From: Horticoccus luteus
GTDB lineage: Bacteria; Verrucomicrobiota; Verrucomicrobiia; Opitutales; Opitutaceae
Reading direction: 5' to 3'
DNA length: 32,000 nucleotides
NCBI RefSeq assembly: GCF_019464535.1
Contig: NZ_CP080507.1
Coordinates: 3,210,001-3,242,000 of the forward strand
In this document: in pieces, positions 7,801 to 13,937 of the stretch
Layout: each line of letters begins with the position of its first letter
How positions within the stretch are numbered: position 1 is the first letter of the stretch
Notes under the pieces: model-generated
The model's database searches: none
What the model was told of the DNA's origin: nothing
What the model saw: the letters and a program-made list of their open reading frames with translations, nothing else
Made by a program: the position numbers and the translations under genes

Positions 7801-9292
7801 GATTTCTCATCCCGACAGCGCCCTCACCCTCGGCACGCTCAGCGCCCACGATGGCACCGTGCGCATCGTGTCCGGCAGCCTCACGGCGGGTGGCGCTTAC
7901 GCCAGCGTGATCGGCGCCGCCGGCACCGGCACCCTGATCGTCGACGGCCACTCCTCCGCCGCCACCTTTAACGGCGCCCTCACCTTGGGCGGCAGCCCCT
8001 CCGGCAACGGCTCGATCACCGTCAGCGATGGCGGCAGCGTTACGAGCGCCGGCACCACCATCGGCGAGCAAGGCCACGGCTCGCTCACCATCACTGGCGC
8101 CAACTCTCTGTGGTCCGATACGCACTCGACGATCGGTTACGGCGGCGCGGGCGAAATGACGGTCAGCGACGGCGGCACGTTTTCGGCCACCGGCCCGGTC
8201 TTCATCGGCGGTTGGCAGAGCAAAGGCACCGTGACGGTGACCGGAGCGCACTCCTTCTTTTCATCCGACACGCTCAACGTCGGCAGCTGGAGCGAAGGCT
8301 CCTTGGTGATCACCGACGGCGGCAGCGTCTCGACCACTGGCACCACCACGCTCGGCGAAAACAACAACGGCTCACTCACCGTCTCAGCCGGCGGTTCGTT
8401 CAGTTCGGCCCAGCTCGCGCTCGGTTCCCAGAGCGGCAGCAGCGGCGTGCTCAACATCGGCGCCCCCGTCGGTTCGCCCGCCGCCGCCGCCGGCACGGTC
8501 ACGATCGGCTCCGTGATCGCGGGCGACGGCTCCAGCCTGCTCAATTTCAACCACACGGATGCGGCGTTTTCATTTTCCACCGCGCTCAACACCAATGTGC
8601 GCGTTGTGCAAAACGGCCCCGGCACCACGATCCTCACCGCCACCGGCTACTCCGACTATTTCTACTACGGGTCGCTGACGGTGAATGCCGGCACGTTGCG
8701 TTTGGAAAATTCACTGCGCTACAGCAGCGCCACGGTAAACGACGGCGGCACATTCGGCGGCAACGGCACCGTCTACCGCCTCACGGTCAATGCCGGCGGC
8801 ACGGTCTCTCCCGGCGCCTCGCCCGGCACGCTCCATGCCGGCAACACCACGCTCGCCGGCGATTCCACCTTCCGTTTCGAAATCAACGACGCGAACGGCG
8901 AAGCCGGCACCAACTCGGATCTGCTCGCGATCACCGGCACGCTCACCTTCACCGCGACCATCGATCATCCGTTCAACTTCGAACTCGTCTCGCTCACCTC
9001 CGGCAACGCGCCGGGCCTGCTCGCCAATTTCAATCCCGCGCAGAACTACACCTATACCGTCGCCACGGCGACCGCCGGCATCCTCGGATTCAACGGCGAC
9101 GCGATCTCCCTCGACCGCGCCAACTTCGCCAACGCCGCTTCCGGCACCTGGTCGCTCTCTCTCGGCAACGACAGTCACAATCTGAACCTCTCCTACACCG
9201 CCGCCGCGATCCCCGAGCCCAGCACCTACGCCGCCCTCCTCGGCGCGCTGACCCTCGCCCTCGCCGCCTGGCGCAAACGCCGCGCGCTGTAG
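4808..9292 (+). CDS. Giant secreted chimeric protein: signal peptide + ~520 aa pentapeptide repeats + PATR/autotransporter-passenger-like beta-helix + PEP-CTERM sorting domain
   Basis: Single 1494-codon ORF. Signal-peptide-like '[24 protein letters not shown]'. The true start may therefore be GTG 4943 or TTG 4973 rather than ATG 4808. A(D/N)LxG pentapeptide tracts are present. PATR repeats include '[26 protein letters not shown]', '[26 protein letters not shown]' and '[26 protein letters not shown]'. The C-terminus is '[27 protein letters not shown]'. Confidence 0.9.
   Translation: [1494 protein letters not shown]
5078..6637 (+). repeat. Coding pentapeptide-repeat array (protein residues ~91-610 of the giant ORF)
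   Basis: Continuous five-residue periodicity, e.g. '[38 protein letters not shown]'. It is interrupted five times by a recurring linker '(A/S)D(L/F)R..(6-10 aa)..(T/V)(A/D)(T/V)QL..A....G.NL.G'. This coding periodicity produces long shadow ORFs in other frames. Confidence 0.9.
6785..8960 (+). repeat. Coding PATR (autotransporter-associated beta-strand) / passenger-like beta-helix repeat region (approximate bounds)
   Basis: Recurrent 'G.GTL.L.G.NTYTG.T.V..GTL.L' units, plus 'G.L.V.DGGS.....T.IG....GSLT..G' units through residues ~660-1385. Confidence 0.8.
9209..9289 (+). other. PEP-CTERM sorting signal (exosortase recognition motif + TM helix + basic tail)
   Basis: '[27 protein letters not shown]' has a PEP motif, a hydrophobic helix and an RKRR cluster at the extreme C-terminus. 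Confidence 0.9.
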
Positions 9293-9315
9293 GGCGGGAT
9301 TGCCGCATCCCGCCC
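9292..9315 (+). terminator. Perfect 9-bp stem / 6-nt loop hairpin starting at the last base of the giant gene's stop codon (no U-tract)
   Basis: GGGCGGGAT (9292-9300), tgccgc, ATCCCGCCC (9307-9315). It is followed by ccgccaccctg, so it is not a canonical intrinsic terminator. Confidence 0.4.
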
Positions 9316-9484
9316 CCGCCACCCTGCAAACGCCGGAAGCGCAGCCGTGCGCCGACCGTTTTCTCGAACGGATCGCATGCAATCATTGGCCACAAATGGC
9401 GCTCCACCGCGCCCGAAAACCTCGGCCGGCGCATTTGCCCGCTAAAAGACTGTTTCTCGACCGCCTGCTACGGCGGTCGATCGC

Positions 9485-10084
9485 TTACGGCTCCTTCTTG
9501 TACAAATCCTGGAAGATCAGCTGGCCCCAAGTGCTGCCGAGGGCGTGCACCAGTGCGCCACCATCGTTGAGCTTTCCCAGCTCGACGGGCGCGAAGCCGA
9601 GTTGCTTGGCCAAGGCCGTCACGGGAGCGGTCGCCTCCTCGTCGTCGCTCGACAAAAAGACGACCCGGTGGCCGCCCTCGACGACCGGATCGGTCGCCAG
9701 GGTGGCTGCAATCAGATGATTGAACCCTTTCACGAGCTTGGCGCCGGCGAATGCCTTCGCGACGAACACGGACGACAGGAGGCCGTCCAGCTCCTCAAGG
9801 GGAACCAACGTGTTCATCGCGTCGATGACCGTCTTGCCTTTCCAGTCCGGCAGGGCCTTCGCGACCTCGCGATGCGCCGCGAACGGGACCGCCAGGATGA
9901 TGATGTCGGCCGCGAGCGCATCCCGCAGCGACTTGGCGACGACCGTGGGGCCAATCGCCCGAGCCCGCGGCGCCAACGCCTCGGGCGCCCGACGGCTCGT
10001 GACGATCACGTCGATGTTTTTACGGGCGAAGGCACGGGCGAGGGCCTGGCCTATCTCACCGAATCCTACAATTGTATAGCTCAT
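9485..10084 (-). CDS. NADP-dependent oxidoreductase of the F420_oxidored / COG2085 dinucleotide-binding family
   Basis: 199 aa. N-terminal Rossmann motif 'YTIVGFGEIGQALARAFARKNIDVIVTSRR'. The length, and 'VVFLSSDDEEATAPVTALAKQLGFAPVELGKL', are typical of NADPH-dependent F420 reductase-like proteins. Confidence 0.75.
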   Translation of the reverse strand: MSYTIVGFGEIGQALARAFARKNIDVIVTSRRAPEALAPRARAIGPTVVAKSLRDALAADIIILAVPFAAHREVAKALPDWKGKTVIDAMNTLVPLEELDGLLSSVFVAKAFAGAKLVKGFNHLIAATLATDPVVEGGHRVVFLSSDDEEATAPVTALAKQLGFAPVELGKLNDGGALVHALGSTWGQLIFQDLYKKEP

Positions 10085-10176
10085 GATATTTCTCCGATCT
10101 TGTTTGGAATTAAAGTTTGCGAAGTAAGGTCCCGTGACTGGTGCGCTGAAGGGCCAGCCAGGGACCTGCGCCGGGG

Positions 10177-10929
10177 TCAGACCTGCGCCATGCCTCCATC
10201 GACGGCGAGGTCCACGCCGGTGATGAAAGAACTTTCATCGGAGGCGAGGAACGTGACGGCGGCCGCGATTTCCTCCGGTTTGCCCCTGCGACCCATTGGA
10301 ATCTGTGAAGCAAACTTGGCGGCCGCTTGCTCGGCCTGCTCGAGGGTAAGGCCTGTCGTTGTCTCCAAGGCCGGGGTCTCGATGGGTCCGGGGCTCATCG
10401 CATTCACCCGGATTTTGCGGTCTTTCAGCTCCAGAGTCCAAGCGCGCGAGAAGCTGCGCACTGCCGCCTTGCTCGCGGCGTAGGTGCTGAACCCTGGCAG
10501 TCCCAACACATTCGAGACCGAAGAGTTCAGGATAATCGAACCGCCGTCTTTGAAGAGGGGAAGGGCCTTTTGCACAGTAAAGAACAGGCCCTTCACATTC
10601 ACGTCGAAGGTCTGGTCAAAATGGGCCTCGGTCGCCGCGGCGAGCGGGGCGATTGTTCCCGCGCCCGCGTTCGCGAAGAGAATGTCGATGTGGCCATGCT
10701 TCTCTTTTACGACGGCATAGAGCCGGTCCAGATCGTCCAAGCGCGACACGTCGCCCACGACCGTCGTAACGTTTCCGCCGATGAGGGCTGCGGCCTCCCC
10801 CAGCTCCTTCTCCCGTCGCCCGGTGATCACGACGTGCGCACCTTCTTCCACGAAGCGCTGGGCCGTGGCCAAGCCAATCCCGCTGCTTCCGCCCGTGATG
10901 ACGGCAATCTTGTCTTCAAGTTTTTTCAT
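10177..10929 (-). CDS. Short-chain dehydrogenase/reductase (SDR) family oxidoreductase
   Basis: 250 aa. 'IAVITGGSSGIGLATAQRF' is the TGxxxGIG cofactor motif. 'NAGAG', the catalytic 'YAASKAAV' (YxxxK) and 'SPGPIETP' are present. Confidence 0.9.
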   Translation of the reverse strand: MKKLEDKIAVITGGSSGIGLATAQRFVEEGAHVVITGRREKELGEAAALIGGNVTTVVGDVSRLDDLDRLYAVVKEKHGHIDILFANAGAGTIAPLAAATEAHFDQTFDVNVKGLFFTVQKALPLFKDGGSIILNSSVSNVLGLPGFSTYAASKAAVRSFSRAWTLELKDRKIRVNAMSPGPIETPALETTTGLTLEQAEQAAAKFASQIPMGRRGKPEEIAAAVTFLASDESSFITGVDLAVDGGMAQV

Positions 10930-11030
10930 AATGTTTTATCTTTCGTTGGATATTTTGGTTTCTATTTTCAGGTAAAGTTTGAGCGGCGCGGTCCCGCGAC
11001 TGGGGCCGCGGGCACGGGCCTGCGCCGGGG

Positions 11031-11870
11031 TCAGACCTGCGCGAGGCCTCCGTCGACGGCGAGCTCACTGGCGGTCATGAAGCTGCTGTCCGACGACGCG
11101 AGAAAGGCCGCCGCCGCCCCGATCTCCGCCGGATCGGCCATGCGTTGCAGCGGGTTCATCGAGGCAAAGATCTTCATGCCTTCCTCGCCTATCGCCGCTT
11201 TCGCGAGTTCGGTCGCCGTCGGCCCGGGCGACAGCACGTTGACCCGGATGCCGGTGCCCTTCAGGTCCTCCGCCCAGGACCGCGCGAGATTGCGCACCGC
11301 CGCCTTGCTTGCGCTGTAGGCGCTGAATGCAGGCGCGCCCGTGGCGCCGGCGCTCGATCCGGTGAGGATGACCGAGCCGCCCCGACCCATCAGCGGCAGC
11401 GCCTTCTGGACCGTGAAGATCGTCCCCTTCACATTGGTGTCGAAGATTTCGTCAATGTGTCCGGCGGTGATCTTGCCAAGCGCCAGCAGGCTTCCCGTCC
11501 CGGCATTGGCGAAGACGATGTCGAGGGTTCTTCGCTCGGCCTTCACCGCCGCGTAGAGTCGGTCGAGGTCGGCCGGATCGGAGACCGAGCCCTTCACCGC
11601 GCGGGCATTGGGTCCCAGGTCGGCCACCGCGGCGTCGAGCGCTTCCTGCCGGCGGCCGAAGATGAAGACGAAGGCGCCCTCCTCGATGAACCGTTTCGCT
11701 GCGGCGCGGCCGATGCCGGTAGCGCCACCGGTGACGACTGCAACCTTGCCCTCAAGCCTTCCCGTGACTTTTCCTTTCGTGTCGTCGGCCAGTGTCTCTG
11801 TGCCCGTTTGCGCGAATGCGCCATGTCTGGCGGACGATTGATTCGGATTATTTTTCATGGCGGCCAGCAT
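11031..11870 (-). CDS. SDR family oxidoreductase, paralog of 10177..10929 (N-terminal extension; alternative start ATG 11858)
   Basis: 'VAVVTGGATGIGRAAAKRF', 'NAGTG', 'YSASKAAV' and 'SPGPTAT' are present. By eye it is about half identical to the neighbouring SDR, and it has the same C-terminus '..AVDGG.AQV*'. Confidence 0.88.
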   Translation of the reverse strand: MLAAMKNNPNQSSARHGAFAQTGTETLADDTKGKVTGRLEGKVAVVTGGATGIGRAAAKRFIEEGAFVFIFGRRQEALDAAVADLGPNARAVKGSVSDPADLDRLYAAVKAERRTLDIVFANAGTGSLLALGKITAGHIDEIFDTNVKGTIFTVQKALPLMGRGGSVILTGSSAGATGAPAFSAYSASKAAVRNLARSWAEDLKGTGIRVNVLSPGPTATELAKAAIGEEGMKIFASMNPLQRMADPAEIGAAAAFLASSDSSFMTASELAVDGGLAQV

Positions 11871-11913
11871 ACGCCCTTGGGGTATCCGCGGATAATGCCG
11901 GTTGGTGGTCGCC

Positions 11914-11934
11914 GTGATGCGGGTTTTGCATCAC
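11914..11934. promoter_or_regulatory. Candidate LysR-type (T-N11-A) operator in the divergent SDR/LysR intergenic region
   Basis: Perfect inverted repeat GTGATGC-gggtttt-GCATCAC. It contains TGC-N7-GCA (T-N11-A) and ends 10 nt upstream of the LysR ATG (11945). Confidence 0.45.
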
Positions 11935-11944
11935 GATTTTACGC

Positions 11945-12841
11945 ATGCTGGAAAAGCTTCGCTTGTTCCTGGTGGTGCTCGAGGAAGGCAGCCTGCGTCG
12001 GGCGGCTGACCGTCTGCACCTTTCCCAGTCCGCCATCACGCGACAACTGCAACTGCTCGAACACGATCTCGGCGGGCGCGTGTTGGAACGAAGCTCATCC
12101 GGGGTGCGTCCCACCAACGGAGGAAACGCGCTGGCCGAAAGGGCCAAAACGCTGCTCGCAGATTATGATTCCAGCATGGCCGAAGTCCGCCGGCTGGTGC
12201 GCGGCGAAAATGAACGGTTGCGCATCGGCTACATCGCGTCGGCGACGCAGGAATATCTTGGACCGGCTCTGGCCGCGCTGCGGCGCGCTCATCCGAGGCT
12301 GAAAATCAAGATGCTCGATCAAACGCCCGGCGAGATGATCAACGCGTTGCGCCAAGGGGAAATCGACCTGGCGTTGACGTTGCACGGCGTGGACCTGCTC
12401 TCGCGTGATTTTTATGCCCGTAAATTGGCGACGGTTCGGAGTCTGGTGGCGCTTCCTGCCAGCCATCGGCTCGCGGCCGAAAGGCAGGTGTCCCTTTCAC
12501 AGTTGAGAGATGAAATTTTCATTCGGGGATCGGACGACGTGGTGCCGGGCTACAACCAAAGGATCGTTCAGTTCTGCCGCACCCATGGCGGCTTCCGGCC
12601 CCGCCTGGTCACGATTGCCAGCGCCACGGGTCTGGTGGAGTCACTCGCACTGGCGGCGAATGAAGACGCGATTTCAATTCAACCCGCCTTCATTTCCCAC
12701 CTCAACGTTCCGAATGCGGTGTTGGTTCCCATCGCTGACGCCGGTGCCACTTGGGATTTGTTCGTTGTCTGGCAGCGGGGCAAAGTGGCCAGCCCATTGC
12801 GGACCTTGTTGAGCGAGCTTAACCTCAGTCCCGGTAAATAA
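11945..12841 (+). CDS. LysR-family transcriptional regulator
   Basis: 298 aa. N-terminal wHTH 'LRLFLVVLEEGSLRRAADRLHLSQSAITRQLQLLEHDLGGRVLER', followed by a substrate-binding-domain-length C-terminus. It is divergent from the oxidoreductase cluster. Confidence 0.92.
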   Translation: MLEKLRLFLVVLEEGSLRRAADRLHLSQSAITRQLQLLEHDLGGRVLERSSSGVRPTNGGNALAERAKTLLADYDSSMAEVRRLVRGENERLRIGYIASATQEYLGPALAALRRAHPRLKIKMLDQTPGEMINALRQGEIDLALTLHGVDLLSRDFYARKLATVRSLVALPASHRLAAERQVSLSQLRDEIFIRGSDDVVPGYNQRIVQFCRTHGGFRPRLVTIASATGLVESLALAANEDAISIQPAFISHLNVPNAVLVPIADAGATWDLFVVWQRGKVASPLRTLLSELNLSPGK

Positions 12842-13187
12842 TGCCTGCCACCTCGATGTCGGCACAACGCCGCAAGCTGTCGCGATCGCCCCGGCCCTCA
12901 TTCAAGTTCACTGGCATCCCTTAATGCATCACGCGGCATCGCAAGCAGCCGGCGCGCTCATTGCGCACACGCGTTCCTCTCGCCCCCGGCGGCCATGTTC
13001 ACCCAGCAGCATCGGTCACGAAACCTCACCTTCACCGCCTTCTCCACGGTCCCCGAAGGCCCTCGCGGGCGAGCTGACCCTCGCCGTCGCGTTCCTTCGC
13101 CGTCACCGCCGCCGCGCGTAAATCGGTGCCTGCTGCCCCCGCGATTCCCATTGCGGGCCGCGCCGGGCTCGGACGAAGTGCTGCCGA

Positions 13188-13937
13188 ATGACCGCGCTTC
13201 CACCCCGGCCCGATCCTTCGCCCCAGCCCCGCGGCGAATTCGCCTCGACCCAATGGAGCGTCGTCCTGGCCGCCCGCGGCCAGCCTGATCAACGCCGCGC
13301 CGCACTCGAACAATTGTGCCGCCAATACTGGCTGCCGATCTACGGCTACCTCCGCCGCCGCGATCACTCGCCCGCCGACGCCGAGGATCTCACCCAGGGC
13401 TTTTTCGCCCACCTGCTCGCCAGCGATTTTCTCACCCGGCCCGACCCCGAGCGCGGCCGCTTTCGCGGCTACCTCATCGGCGCGTTGAAACAGTTCGTCG
13501 GCCACGCCCGCACGCAGGCCAATGCCCTGAAACGCGGCGGCGGTTTCGCCTTCGTCGACCTCGACCACCTCGAAGCCGAGGAACGCTTCGCCGCGATCGA
13601 CCAGCCGCAGCTCGACCCCAGCGCCGCCTACGAGCTCTCGTGGGCGATCACGCTGCTCGGCTCCGCGCTGCGCCGGCTCGAAGACGAACAAACCGCCGCC
13701 GGCCGCCGCGCGATCTTCGAGGTGCTGAAACCGTTCCTGCACGCGACGCCCGCGCGGGGCGATTTCGAACACGCCGCCACCACCCTCCAAACCTCGCGCG
13801 CCACCGTCGCCGTCTGGCTCCACCGCCTCCATCAACGCCTCGGCGAGCTCGTGAAACTCGAGGTCGCCGCCACGTTGGAAAACCCCGCCGACGCCGCCCA
13901 GGAGCTCCGCCACCTCCTCCAAGTTCTCCATGGCTGA
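13188..13937 (+). CDS. ECF-type sigma-70 family sigma factor, Ser/Thr-kinase-linked class (ECF43-like)
   Basis: 249 aa. 'TQWSVVLAA' N-terminal motif. Region 2 'LCRQYWLPIYGYLRRR..SPADAEDLTQGFFAHLL'. Region 4-like 'LQTSRATVAVWLHRLHQRLGELV'. There is no anti-sigma gene. The stop overlaps the kinase start by 8 nt (ATGGCTGA, 13930-13937). Confidence 0.8.
   Translation: MTALPPRPDPSPQPRGEFASTQWSVVLAARGQPDQRRAALEQLCRQYWLPIYGYLRRRDHSPADAEDLTQGFFAHLLASDFLTRPDPERGRFRGYLIGALKQFVGHARTQANALKRGGGFAFVDLDHLEAEERFAAIDQPQLDPSAAYELSWAITLLGSALRRLEDEQTAAGRRAIFEVLKPFLHATPARGDFEHAATTLQTSRATVAVWLHRLHQRLGELVKLEVAATLENPADAAQELRHLLQVLHG

Noticed and set aside
6230-8251. 673-aa minus-strand ORF plus several 60-240-aa ORFs in other frames across the giant gene (5386-5910, 5399-6085, 7258-7971, 8110-9570, etc.)
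   Set aside because: They are by-products of the repetitive, GC-rich pentapeptide/PATR coding sequence. Their translations are Gly/Ala/Arg/Pro homopolymer-like. Only the 4808-9292 frame gives a coherent signal peptide, repeat domains and PEP-CTERM architecture.
13000-13187. Possible ECF-type autoregulatory promoter (GGAAC-N16/17-CGTC) upstream of the sigma factor gene
   Set aside because: Only partial matches were found, such as GAAACC at about 13019-13024, with a GTC/CGTC element at the wrong spacing (over 20 nt). This is not convincing without start-site data or a known consensus for this ECF group.
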